A DNA stretch of 64,000 nt, taken from Mobula hypostoma (Eukaryota). The notes beneath the pieces were generated by a model. It ran no database searches. It was not told the origin of the DNA and saw only the letters and a program-made list of their open reading frames with translations. Made by a program: the position numbers and the translations under genes. How positions within the stretch are numbered: position 1 is the stretch's first letter; each line of letters starts with the position of its first letter. Below are positions 1 to 11,809 of this stretch, piece by piece. Where the stretch lies: NCBI RefSeq assembly GCF_963921235.1, contig NC_086097.1:6510001-6574000 (forward strand), written 5' to 3'.

Positions 1-141
1 GTATAGTCCAGTTAGCTGTGATAATCAGTGGGTTTATAAAAGATATCAGTAGATAAGCTGTCTCCAGAGACTGAGAAGGAGGAGGAAGGTTTTGGAAATG
101 GACCAATTAAATATGAGGGCAGGGTGGAAGTTGGAGGCAAA
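1..141 (-). mobile_element. Penelope-like element RT C-terminal fragment (runs off window start)
   Basis: Reverse complement translates with breaks to FASNFHPAL..WSIS..SVSGDSLSTDIFYKPTDYHS*LDY, the PLE RT/thumb region; the same HSYLDY motif occurs at 36297-36608. Confidence 0.7.
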
Positions 142-325
142 TAAAAATAGTTACTATTCTCTAGATTTGCTGGGTCTGCCCGCAAGAAGATGAATCTTAG
201 GTTGTATGTGGTGACATCTATGTACTTTGATAATGAAATTTAATTTCAACTTTGGCTCAGCCTTCACAGCTGTCTGTGACAATGAATTCCACAGATTTAC
301 CAATTAATAAGGTACATTTACGACA

Positions 326-557
326 TACCGAGATACAACACTGGGCGGCACGGGAGGTTGTTCCTGCCTGTGGCCATCGAACTTTGCAGCTCCTCCCGTG
401 GAGGGTCAGACACCCTGAGCCAATAGGACTTATTTCCATCTGGCATAGTTTGTATTTTGTTGTTTGATTGTTTGTGGTTTTCGTCTTGCTATCTTGGTTG
501 GTGCGGCAGTAACGAAACCCAATTTCCCTCGGGATCAATAAGTATCTATCTATCTAT
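326..557 (+). mobile_element. Rex1/Babar-type LINE 3' end
   Basis: Ends in AATTTCCCTCGGGATCAATAAAGTATCTATCTATCTAT (polyA signal plus (CTAT)n tail), preceded by an FLPVAI-like ORF2 C-terminus. Confidence 0.7.
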
Positions 558-1060
558 AAGTTAAAAAGTAAACAGTATCATGCTGCTGGTATTTCATATG
601 CGATGAGAACTGGGTGGTCGCAGGAGTTCAGTGGTCTCGCAGCCTGGCAGAAGAAGCTACTTCACATCCTAACAGTCCTTGCTCTAATGCTACGGTACCT
701 CTTGCCTGATGGTAAGAGTCAAAGAAATTATTGGACGGATGGTAGGGATCATTGACAATCTGTTTTATGTCTTTCATTTCTGTTCTTCATAACCCTTGGC
801 TGCTCTCTGCTCCCGCACCTCTCAGCCTTCATGATTCAATACATACAGTGCTGATTTTTGTTCTTAAAAAGTACATATTTTTTATAGTAAGGAATGACAG
901 CTTGAATTAATGAACTCTTAATGTTGTTGGAAAACTGTCAACTTCTGAAACAAATTCATTTTGAAAATCAAGTAGCAAACTGAGCATGGATTCAAAATTA
1001 TATCACATAGCACACACTGAGTGGGGCAATGGTAGCAGATATATCTCAAGACCTTCTCTC

Positions 1061-1997
1061 TGTTGTCTAATTTTTCCATTAATCCTTTCTTTCCATTGAC
1101 AGGAAGCCCAGATTATATTTGGTATTCGTGCTGCTGTAACCCAGGTTACTTAAACCCAAAGATGTAGCATTAGAAAGCTCCACCAATGGAAGGATGAAAA
1201 TGAGGTTTACAGAATTTTTTTGTAAAAAGGAACTTGGGGAAAAAAAAGCTATGCGAGCACGGGGTGTGGTCAAGCAACAAAAATGCAGCGAACTATTAGA
1301 AACTAAAGATATAAACTGTTAAAAGAATTAGCAGTGAGTATCTCTACCCTACTTACTTGAGAACCTCAGGGTGAAACCCTGAGAGGAGAGATTATATCGA
1401 TAAAAGGTGTGTTGAACCTATGGGTATAATAAGCATCAGTTACAGCAAAACAATATCGGCAGGGACAAGTGTCCAAGACTGTACAGGGTAACCAGGAATT
1501 AGTTCTGTTAAATCCTACCAAGGATCTTGGTGAACTAAAACACTTCTACTGTTCAAAGTGTATAATCTGTGTGTGAAATATGTTCAGTAGTCTTGTAACA
1601 GAGAAGTGTTTGGAAATGAGATTGTGATATTGAGTTATTTTTGAAATCGAAAATAGAATGCAAAGAACTTATGCATTCTAATCCTGTTGTATACAGATCA
1701 GGTTTTATTGTGTAAGTATTGTGAATCAACCTTCCATCCTACGAACCAAGAAACAAGATGGCGAGCCAACCAAGATCGAAGAGTCAGCGCGGGAGTGAAA
1801 CTTTCATGACGTAGAGGATTTAATACGTTGGATGTAAAAGTTTAATTTTCATTCAAAGAATCTAAATTTGATTTTCTTGAAGAACTGATAATTTGCAAGA
1901 ACTTTGATAAGTTACTGAATTAGATTTACTTTGTTTAAATATAGTGATTTTGAGGAATTGTTGTGAAAGGAGTTAAGCTGTGTATATGTGTGTGTAC

Positions 1998-2044
<47 letters not shown>

Positions 2045-2498
2045 TGTACACGTGTATATATATATATATATATATATATAATTGGGGTTGAATTTGAATT
2101 TGTAGACATTCTGGCCTGGAACTGAAACTGCAGTTAACAATAATACTTAAAAATAGGAATTCAAATAGTTTCCTAACTAACTAGATATAAATAGAAAGGC
2201 AAGGGTTAGTCTGTAAACCTTTAAATAAGGAATAGCAGCAGATCTAATTACATAGAGAAATTGGAGTAATAAAGATTATTCTAATGAATCTCACTGATTC
2301 TAATTAAAAAGGAATTTGGTTTTCGTTGCTATCTGAGATTTGGAACCTGAGGCAGAACGTTAGAATTTTGAGTAGTTATTACTCATGTAAATATTTTGTA
2401 TATATTGCTATTTTTATAAACAAACTTACCTCTAAAAGAGTGTGTTTTCTATTCACTGCCTCCTTCCGATACCTAGAATTTCTGATGGCCCACTAACA
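1061..2498 (+). mobile_element. Candidate LTR-element remnant (LTR-like segment, tRNA-Arg PBS-like motif, leader)
   Basis: ...AAACA (1755) is followed by TGGCGAGCCAACCAAGAT (1759-1776), 15/18 identical to the complement of the tRNA-Arg(ACG) 3' end. A TG..CA bracket is possible at 1061/2498, but I found no TSD and no gag/pol. Confidence 0.35.
1981..2080. repeat. Compound (TG)n(TA)n(CA)n(TA)n microsatellite, near-palindromic
   Basis: Read directly; GTGTACGTGTG..TATA..CACACATGTACAC is self-complementary around the (TA)n centre. Confidence 0.95.
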
Positions 2499-2631
2499 CC
2501 TATTATAGTACTATGTAATTTGACTTTCTCATTAAGTACGCAGCGACCAGTCACTCAAGATAAAACCAGCACTACACAGGTGTTACACTATTCTCAGTGT
2601 TAATCGGTTACCAAGTTTTGAATTGTCTTTA

Positions 2632-3675
2632 TTTCTTACTTCCTTCACGTACACGAGGAGTAAAAATCTTTACATTATGTCTCAGTCTAAATGTGCAATG
2701 TGTAATCATAATAATTTATAATGATTTCTAATAAATAGAACAGTCAATGTAACATAGAAATACACTCAAATCAATGTGAGTTAATCGGTCTGATGGTCTG
2801 GTGGAAGAAGCTGTCCCGGAGTCCATTGGTTCTGGCTTATATGCTGCGGTACCATTTCCCAGATGGTAGCAGCTGGAATAGATCATGGTTGGGGTGACTT
2901 AGGTCCCCACTGATCCTTCAGGTCCCTTTCTCACACCTGTCTTTGTTAATGTCCTGCAAAAGATGTGCTGGGCTGTCCGCACCACTCTCTACAGAGTCCT
3001 GCGATTGAGGGAAGTACAGTTCCCATACCAGGCAGTGATGCAGCCAGTCAGGATGCTCTCAATTGTGCCCCTGCAGAAAGTTCTTAGGATTTGGGGATCC
3101 ATACCAAACTTCCTCAACCATCTGCAGTGAAAGAGGCGCTGTTGTGTCTTTTTCACCATACATCCAGTGTGTACAGACCACGTGAGGTCCTCAGTGATGT
3201 GGAACTTAAAGCTGTTTACCCTCTCAACCTCAGATCCATTGATGTCAATACGGGTTAGCCTGTCTCCATTCCACAACCAGCCCCTTTGTTTTTGCAACAT
3301 TGAGGGAGAGATTGTTTACTTGACACCACTGTGTCAGAGAGATGACTTCTTCCCTGTAGGCCACTTCATTATTGTTTGAGTTTAGGCTAAGTGTCATCAG
3401 CAAATTTAATTAGCAGATTGGAGCTGTGGGTGGTGACACAGTCATGGGTATACAGTGAGTAAAGGAGGGGGCTTAGTACAAAGCCCTGAGGGACTCCTGT
3501 GTTGAGAGTCAGAGGGATGGAGGTGAGGGAACGCAATCTTACCACCTGCCAGTGATCTGACAGGAAGTCCAGGATCCAGCTGCACATGACAGAGTCAAGG
3601 CCGAGGTCTCTGAGCTTCCTATCGAGCCTGCATGGAATTATGGTGTTGAAGGCTGAACTGTAGTCCAGGAACAGT
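2632..3675 (-). mobile_element. Rex1/Babar-type LINE, decayed RT to 3' UTR
   Basis: ORFs 3387-3587 (CSWILDFLSD..GVPQGFVLSPLLYSLYTHDCV..KFADDT) and 2989-3300 (ITEDLTWS..GTIESILTGCITAWYGNC). Confidence 0.9.
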
Positions 3676-4279
3676 TAATCCTGGGTTTATGCTATTTAGT
3701 CTCATTCAGTGCATATTGTTGAAGAATTTCATATCAGCATGGACCTAAAGCTGTTTTTAGTTTCTGCTGGGACGTGAGGTTTGCAGGGCGCAAAAAGCTT
3801 GAAGATGCGAAGACAAAGCCACGCACAAAAAATAAGATCAATTGCATTCAGTGGAAGGGAGTATGGCGGTATAATCATTACGTTAATGGATGGATATACA
3901 CACACTTTTGATCTGCTGGTTTAAATCCATAAGACCATTGGGCATAGAAGCAGAATTAGGCCATTCCTTCAGTTACCTTTTACGCCCTGATTAATCAAGA
4001 ACCTATCAATGAACCTCCGACCTAAATATACCCAATGACTCGGCAAAGAAAGAATAACTTAACTCACCCCAATACTGTTGATGTTGGCATCTATACATCT
4101 CAAGAGATGATGGTGTGACACCTTTTTCTGATGGCTCTGAGGTTGTAGACTTGGGGCTATTTGCACTTTCTGGAGTGGTTGTCCAGCCCCACTCCAGAGT
4201 GATAGTCTCTCTCACAGCGGCTGCAGGTGATGGAGGAAGGGGCTCTGGGTGATGCAGCTCTGGCTTTTCTTCTGGCTGT

Positions 4280-5177
4280 CATGTTAATGAGCATGTTGGT
4301 CCTTGCTATCTCAGCATGTTGTACACCACTTTTGACTATGGCTCTCCTGTTGTCTGGCCTTCAGCTTTTTCCTCCCATGTTCTGAGGCTGAAGCCTGCCA
4401 GCTTCGTATCCTGCTTGCAGACATCCCTGTAGCGGCGACATGGTCTTCCTCGTGGGCGGTGACCCTCAGTCAGATCGCCATGCAGCATGTCTTTGGGAAT
4501 CCGTCCGCAGTCCATTAGTGTGACATGGCCCGACCATCTGAGGTGCCTGTGGCTGAGGAGTGTGTGGATGCTGCAGAGCTTCTGTGTTGCTGATTCTGTC
4601 CTGCCGGGAGATGTGCGAGATGCGTCTCAGGTGGAATGAGTTTAGCCTCTTCTCTTGGCCGATGTATGGCGTTCAGGACTCGCAGGTGTAGAGGAGTGTG
4701 CTGAGCACACATGCCAGCTACACACACAGCTTGGCCTTTGTCGGCTGTCTGTTGTTCCACACTCTCCTGTTCAGTCTGGCCATGACAGCTGCAGCTTTGG
4801 CAATCCTGCTCTTCACCTCTGCTTCGAAGGACAGGGAGCTGGTGATCATCGACACAAGATAGGTGAAGGAGTCGATGACATCAAGAGAGGAACCATCAGT
4901 GGCAAAGTTTGGGGGAGATTCTGCACCCTTGGCCATTATATTAGTCTTCTTCGGAATGTGGTTAACCCAAACACCTTGCAGGCATGGGTGAAGCGGTTGT
5001 TAGAGTCAGCCTTCCGAATGTGATGCATCATCTACAAACAGCACCTCGTGGCTGAGGGCTGTCCTAACTTTGGTTTTGGAGTGTTAAAATGTTTGTCATC
5101 AGCTCTTGTGCGAAGATACATACAGTCTGCGAAAACATAGTGAAGGAGCATGGTGAAGAATGTTCCGAAGAGGGTGA
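4280..5177 (-). mobile_element. RTE-clade (BovB-like) LINE, decayed 3' part of ORF
   Basis: ORF 4718-4936 DSFTYLVSMITSSLSFEAEVKSRIAKAAAVMARLNRRVWNN resembles the RTE RIAKASxAFGRL motif. Confidence 0.8.
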
Positions 5178-5274
5178 GTGTCGGGACACAGCCTGGTTAA
5201 GAATAACTTAACTCACACCGACACCGAACTGCTCCAACAACCGATGGACTCATTTTCAAGGACTCCTCATCAAG

Positions 5275-5965
5275 TCAGGAACCAAAAGGTTAAGCATAGC
5301 GGGATTAATGTCCTGAGTTGCGTATATTTCAATGCAGGAAGTATTTTAGGAAAAGCAGGTGAGCACAGGGACTGGATCAACATGTGGAATTATGACATTG
5401 TAGTCACTAGTGTGATTAAATTGCAGGAGGAGCAGGACTGGCAGCTCAGTATTCCGGGTTTCCTTTGTTTTAGACGTGATAGAGTGAGAGGAAGTAAAGG
5501 AGGAGCAGTAGGGTTACCACTCAGAGAAAACGTCAGGGCAGTGCTCAGTCAGGATAGACTGGAGAATTTGTCTAGTGAATTGTAATGGGTGGAACTAAAA
5601 AATAAGAAAGGTACGACCACACTAATGGAGCTGTTGTACAGACCACCCAACAGTCCATGAGATTTAAAGAAACAAATTTATAGAGAGATCGCAGACTGTT
5701 GCAAGAAGCATAAGATTGTTAGAGCAGGTGATTTTGACTTTCCATACTGTATATTGACTGGGACTCCCAAACTGTAAAAGGACTAGTAGTGGATACAATT
5801 TTGATTTCAATGTTTAAGAGAAGTATAGATTGGTACACGGATGAGAAGATGCATGAAGAGCTACAGTCTGGGTGCAGATTGATGGGAGTAGGCAACTTAA
5901 ATAGTTTGGCCTAGGCTAGATGGGCTGAAGGGCCTGTTTCTGTGTTGTGATTTTCTATGACTCTT
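5275..5965 (+). mobile_element. CR1 LINE fragments (APE endonuclease N-terminus joined to a CR1 3' end)
   Basis: ORF 5178-5585 contains LSCVYFNAGSI..YDIVVTS..FRRDR..GGAVG; 3' end GGGCTGAAGGGCCTGTTTCTGTGTTGTGATTTTCTATGACTCT. Confidence 0.8.
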
Positions 5966-6344
5966 TGCCTCACGTTCTTGAAATTTATTGGTTTATTAAT
6001 TATTATTAGTAGTAGTAGTAGTAGTATTATTATTTTGTGTTTTTTTTCTTTTTGTATTTTCACAGTTTGTGGTCATTTGCGCATTGGTTGGAACAGTGTT
6101 TCTTTGATTCTATAATAGTTTCTTTGTAATTACAGTAAATTCTCGTAAGAAGATGAATCTCCTGGTTGTATATGGTGATGCATATCGTATGAACTTTGAT
6201 AATAAGTTTACTTTGAACTTTGAACTTTCAAAGATGAGATTAACTACAGATGAGACCTCACTCGTTGGCATGGATGTAGTGCGATGAATGGTCTATTTCC
6301 ATGCCAAGTGGCTCCTTCTATCTATTTAGCACTATATGGTAAAT

Positions 6345-6625
6345 TAGAGTCATAAAGTCATAGAAAAGTATAGCACAGAAATGGGCCTTTCTGCCCATCT
6401 AGGCTGTACTGAACCATTTAAACTGCCTACTCCCATGGACCTGCACCCGGACCATAGTCTTCCATACCCCTACCATCCACGCACCTATCCAAACTTCTCT
6501 TAAACATTGAAATCGAGCTTGCATGCAGCCATTGCACTGACATCTCACTCCACACTCTCCAACCCTCTGAGTGAAGAAATTTCCCCTCATCTTTCCCTTA
6601 AACATTTCAGCTTTTACCCTTAATT
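6345..6625 (-). mobile_element. CR1 LINE 3' end
   Basis: ORF 6399-6605 MFKGKMRGNFFTQRV plus CR1 3' UTR. Confidence 0.8.
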
Positions 6626-7047
6626 ACTAATCGCTAGTTGCAGTCCCAGTGGAACACTTGCCTTATCTTCAAATAAAAATACACATTTTTGGTAGATTGA
6701 AATATAGATACATATTGATTTTCCTAGCATGTCAAGCTTGCAGTCACTTCAGTAGACATTTATTTTTTCTGATATCGTATCTTCTGCTTCTGACCTGCCT
6801 AGAAAAAAATATAGTGCACTTCTATTAATAAAAAACTAATTTCAAGGTAATGGTCAGTCTTGGACTCAGCAGTCCAGTTCCCCTTAACCAGAGTCGCAGC
6901 AGCGAATGAGAATTTGAATTCTAAATTCTAATTGGTATAGAAGGGCGAAGAGCTGAAATATTAACTGTAGGAGCAAAGTGCTTGGATTGTGATGCATTAC
7001 TAACAAGCCTATTTGAACTATTTGTTGTCCGGTGGTAATAATTTTAG

Positions 7048-7330
7048 TTATTTATGTTGAGATACAGTACGCAATAGGCTCTTCCAGCTCCACAAGCCAC
7101 ACCACTCAGTAACCCGCTGATTTAACCTCAGCCTAATCATGGGACAATTTGCAATCAACAAGTAACCCAATAACCGGTACATCTTTGGACTGTGGGAGGA
7201 AACTGGAGCAGCTGAAGAAAACTCATGCACACACGGGAAACAACGTACAAACTTCTTACAGACAGCGGCAGAATTGAACTCTGAGTTTTGATGCTCCAAG
7301 ATGTAATGCCAAAGCTATGCTACCATGGTG
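7048..7330 (-). mobile_element. V-domain (HE1-like) tRNA-derived SINE
   Basis: Reverse complement of the V-SINE core GCTCCAGTTTCCTCCCACAGTCCAAAGATGTAC, with (TTTA)n-like tail. Confidence 0.8.
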
Positions 7331-8066
7331 CAGTGAAATGCAATGTGTTTCAGTGTCCATGTAGCGCTAATCATGCTGTTTGTCAGGCTGTTGCATCAAC
7401 ATGGGCCTCAGTGTCTCCAATGGCTCTTAGCCAGCTGATAACCTCCCTTTCTCTTGCAGTGGAGGAACAACATTGTTGAAGGAGACAATGGCAATCTTTT
7501 CCAAAGTCATTGTAGTCTCTTAGAGAAGGTGACCAGGATATGGATGGAAGTAAGGATTTAGCTTCCCATTCCAGCTGTGGTGCTGGTTAATGAGATTGAT
7601 AGGAGGAGGAGGATGAAGGTTCAGTCTTGACCCCTAGTGCTGTCGGCGTGCAGTTTACACTTTCTGCCTGTGATCCCCATTGGTTTCCTCTATAGGTTGG
7701 CACTGTCAATACTGTATATGTGTGGATAGGCAGAAGTGAGGATTAGATGGCTTGCCCCAAAAGTACAGTAGTGGGTGAATGGAATTAGTCTGTGAGCCTG
7801 CATAAGCTGAATAGTCTAGAATAACCTACTATGCTAACACACTTTTTGTCCCTCTTCCCTCCAGGGGAAGGCTCCAGAGCTTGAAGACTCGTACGGCCAG
7901 ATTTGGGAACAGCTTCTTTCCAACTGTGATAAGACTGCTGAACAGATCCTGACCCGGATCTGGGCCGTACCCTCCAAATATCCGGACCTGCCTCTTGGTT
8001 GTTTTGCACTACCTTAATTTCCCTTTTCTATGTTCTATTTATGATTTATAATTTAAATTTTTACTA

Positions 8067-9651
8067 TTATAATGGGTGACTTCAATCTACATGTAGACTG
8101 GGTGAACCAAATTGGTAAAGGTGCTGAGGAAGAGGATTTCTTGGAATGTATGCGGGATGGTTTTTTGAACCAACATGTCGAGGAACCGACTAGAGAGCAG
8201 GCTATTCTGGACTGGGTTTTGAGCAATGAGGAAGGGTTAATTAGCGATCTTGTCGTGAGAGGCCCCTTGGGTAAGAGTGACCATAATATGGTGGAATTCT
8301 TCATTAACATGGAGAGTGACGTAGTTAATTCAGAAACAAAGGTTCTGAACTTAAAGAGGGGTAACTTTGAAGGTATGAGACATGAATTAGCTAAGATAGA
8401 CTGGCAAATGACACTTCAAGGATTGACGGTGGATATGCAATGGCAGGCATTTAAAGGTTGCATGGATGAACTACAACAATTGTTCATAAATTAGGGATAG
8501 CATCAATTCCAAAGAAGTAGCATACAAATTAGCCAGAGAAAGTGGCTCACCTGAGGACTGGGAGAAATTCAGAGTTCACAAAGAGTGGGAATAAACGGGA
8601 CCTTTTCAGAATGGCAGGCGGTGACTAGTGGGGTACCGCAAGGCTCAGTGCTGGGACCCCAGTTGTTTACAATATATATTAATGACTTGGATGAGGGAAT
8701 TAAATGCAGCATCTCCAAGTTTGCGGATGACACGAAGCTGGGTGGCAGTGTTAGCAGTGAGGAGGATGCTAAGAGGATGCAGGGTGACTTGGATAGGTTG
8801 GGTGAGTGGGCAAACTCATGGCAGATGCAATTTAATGTGGATAAATGTGAAGTTATCCACTTTGGTGGCAAAAATAGGAAAACAGATTATTATCTGAATG
8901 GTGGCCGATTAGGAAAAGGGGAGGTGCAACGAGACCTGGGTGTCATTATACACCAGTCATTGAAAGTGGGCATGCAGGTACAGCAGGCGGTGAAAAAGGC
9001 GAACGGTATGCTGGCATTTATAGCGAGAGGATTCGAGTACAGGAGCAGGGAGGTACTACTGCAGTTGTACAAGGCCTTGGTGAGACCACACCTGGAGTAT
9101 TGTGTGCAGTTTTGGTCCCCTAATCTGAGGAAAGACATCTTTGCCATAGAGGGAGTACAAAGAAGGTTCACCAGATTGATTCCTGGGATGGCAGGTCTTT
9201 CATATGAAGAAAGACTGGATGAACTGGGCTTGTACTCGTTGGAATTTAGAAGATTGAGGGGGGATCTGATTGAAACGTATAAGATCCTAAAGGGATTGGA
9301 CAGGCTAGATGCAGGAAGATTGTTCCCGATGTTGGGGAGGTCTAGAACGAGGGGTCACAGTTTGAGGATAGAGGGGAAGCCTTTTAGGACCGAGGTTAGG
9401 AAAAACTTCTTCACACAGAGAGTGGTGAATCTGTGGAATTCTCTGCCACAGCAAACTGTTGAGGCCAGTTCATTAGCTATGTTTAAAAGGAAGTTAGATA
9501 TGGCCCTTGTGGCTACAGGGGTCAGGGGGTATGGAGGGAAGGCTGGGTTCTGAGTTGGATGATCAGCCATGATCATAATAAATGGCGGTGCAGGCTCGAA
9601 GGGCCGAATGGCCTACTCCTGCACCTATTTTCTATGTTTCTATGTTTCTAT
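8067..9651 (+). mobile_element. Young CR1 LINE, 5'-truncated, with two internal deletions
   Basis: MGDFNLHVDW..SDHNM (endonuclease C-terminus) and GVPQGSVLGP..KFADDTKL (RT); (TTTCTATG)n tail; highly similar to 37994-40509. Confidence 0.97.
8585..9553 (+). pseudogene. CR1 ORF2 RT C-terminal remnant (322-aa open frame)
   Basis: QG and FADD motifs present; the N-terminal part of the RT is removed by the deletion at 8578/8579. Confidence 0.9.
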
Positions 9652-10374
9652 TTACTATCGATTTGTAATCCAGGGAGCGGGAAGCGCAGAATCAAATATC
9701 GCCGTGATGATTGTATGTTCTAGTATCAATTGTTTGGTGACAATAAAGTAAAGTATGTTATAAGGAAATATGGATGTCATCAACAAGAACCAATAGGCAG
9801 TCCACATATACCAAAGAAATAATAAAATTGTCAGGTGCAATGATGAACGCACGTACAAATTCAGTCCCCTAGATGCGTTGCTGCAGAGAGCTTAACGGCA
9901 TTGGACTCAATGAATGCATCTTCATATTACTTAATTCACCACAACTCAAGGTTGAGACTCACTCTCAGGGACGCTTTACAGCTCATGCTCTCAGTGTTTT
10001 TTGTTTGCACAATTTGTCTTCATTTACACCTTGGTTGTTTGCCAGTCTTTGTTCATGTACTGTTTTTCATAAATTCTATTATTTTTTTTATTTTCTTGTA
10101 AATGCCAGCACAAAAATGAATCTCTAAGTATTTTATGTTAACTTATATCTACTTTGACTTTCAAATGTCATGTTCCACCAAGTGCAGGAACAATCCTCAT
10201 GCTGGAAATCTGGAGCAACACACTCAAAGTGCTGGAGCAATTCAGCAGGTCAGACAGAGTCTGTGGAGAGGAATAAAGAGTCCATGTTTTGGGTCAATAC
10301 CCTTTATCAGGTCTCATCCCTACATCCTGCAGCTTGCACACAGTATTGGCTATTCAACCCTGGTACAGATATCA

Positions 10375-11285
10375 TCCAAGTCAAGTCAAGTTTATTGTCA
10401 TTTAATTATATACATGTATATCATCAAATGAGACAATGTTTCTCCAGACCAGAGTGTATGGCACAATAGTACACATAACACACAACAACTTAGAAAAGTA
10501 AGAATTAAACTTACAAATGAATTATGCATAGATAAACAAAGTAAGGTGCATAAATCCTGACGAAGGGTCTTGGCCCGAAACGTCGACTGTACCCCTTCCT
10601 AGAGATGCTGCCTGGCCTGCTGCGTTCACCAGTAACTTTTATGTGTGTTGCATATATTAAATATTGTCGGGTACAGTACAAATTATCCAGCAACACTTTG
10701 AATGTGATGCAGTAGGATGATCAGAAGCCTAATGGCCTGAGGGAAAAAGCGGCTTGCCATCCTGACTTTATGCATCAGAGTCTCATGCCTGATGGTAGAA
10801 AGTCAAAGAGGATGCTGGATGGATGGCTGTGGTCCTTGATAGTACTCAGAGCCCTGCGTATCCTGATAAATGTCCCTAATGGATGGTAGGGAGATCCCTA
10901 TGATCCTCTCAACTGTTCTCACAGTCCTTTGTCACGACTTCCAGTCCGATGCTTGGCTGCTCCTGTACCAGATGGCTACGCAGCTTGTCAGGGCACTCTC
11001 AATCATGCTCCTGCAAAATTCAGTTAAGATGGGGTTGGTGGGGGGAACCTCACTTTCCTCAATCTTCTCAGGAAGAGGAGGTGCTGCTGTGCCTTCTTAT
11101 TCAGGGAGACAATATTGAGGGGCCAGCTGACGTAAACTCCCAAGAACGGAGCACGTAACTCTCTCTACAGAGAAGCCATGTACGCATAGAGGGGGGGCTG
11201 GTTCATCCTCACCTTCCTAAAGTCCACAATCATTTCCTTGGTCTTCTCCACTTTCAGACTTAGGTTGCTGTTCTCACACCTAGAG
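10375..11285 (-). mobile_element. Rex1/Babar-type LINE, decayed 3' part (hosts the 10553-10650 insert)
   Basis: CAAGTCAAGTCAAGTTTATTGTC tail; NLSLKVEKTKEMIVDFRK in ORF 11165-11626. Confidence 0.75.
10555..10589 (+). ncRNA. Minimal type I hammerhead ribozyme motif in a PLE terminal-repeat fragment
   Basis: TC-CTGACGA-A-GGG-TCTTGG-CCC-GAAA-C-GTC-GACTG: intact CUGANGA and GAAA boxes, helix II, palindromic ACGU helix III and GUC cleavage triplet. Helix I is only 2 bp in this copy. Confidence 0.75.
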
Positions 11286-11809
11286 GAGGATGCAAAATTC
11301 AATGTCATCCATCCCTCTTTCTTACGGTGGCATGATGCTGATGTAAATGTCAATAAACTGATTGAGATCATGACACTACAATATCCTTTCTCTCTTGAGA
11401 GGGGACCACATGAACAAAGTCTTTTGTTATCTGTCAGTGTGAGACAAATGCAGCTTACTCTATGCTTATATTTAATCGTTCCACTTGGACGCATCTGTAC
11501 TCTCATTGCATATCCTTTTCTCACAAAAGAGAAGAATAAAAAGTAATTGTGAAAGATAAGCAAAGCAAAAACAAAGAAGAATAAGGGATGAGACCAAAGA
11601 TTCATCTTGTTATAACTGTAATACATGTATTGAAACTATAATGATATGAATCTTTAGTCCAGAATTCAGCTGTTTGAGTTTAATGAGTTTAATATTTTAA
11701 AAGAAGAGATTTTTTAATATTCTAACAGACACTAAACAAATTAACATTTTAGTAACTGTGAATATCTCTGAAGAGGGGCACATGTATTAATTTCATGGTG
11801 TGTTTTGAA

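Larger units (their letters stand above)
7843..9756 (+). mobile_element. Rex1/Babar-type 3' end (7843-8066 plus 9652-9756) split by a CR1 insertion
   Basis: The two halves join into the sequence seen uninterrupted on the minus strand at about 54205-54447 (CCGGATCTGGGCCGTACCCTCC..GGGAGCGGGAAGCGCAGAATC). Confidence 0.85.

Noticed and set aside
8060..9658. TTTACTAT on both sides of the CR1 as an 8-bp TSD
   Set aside because: The uninterrupted host copy near 54320 already has TTTTAATAT-TTACTAT, so no extra bases need explaining.
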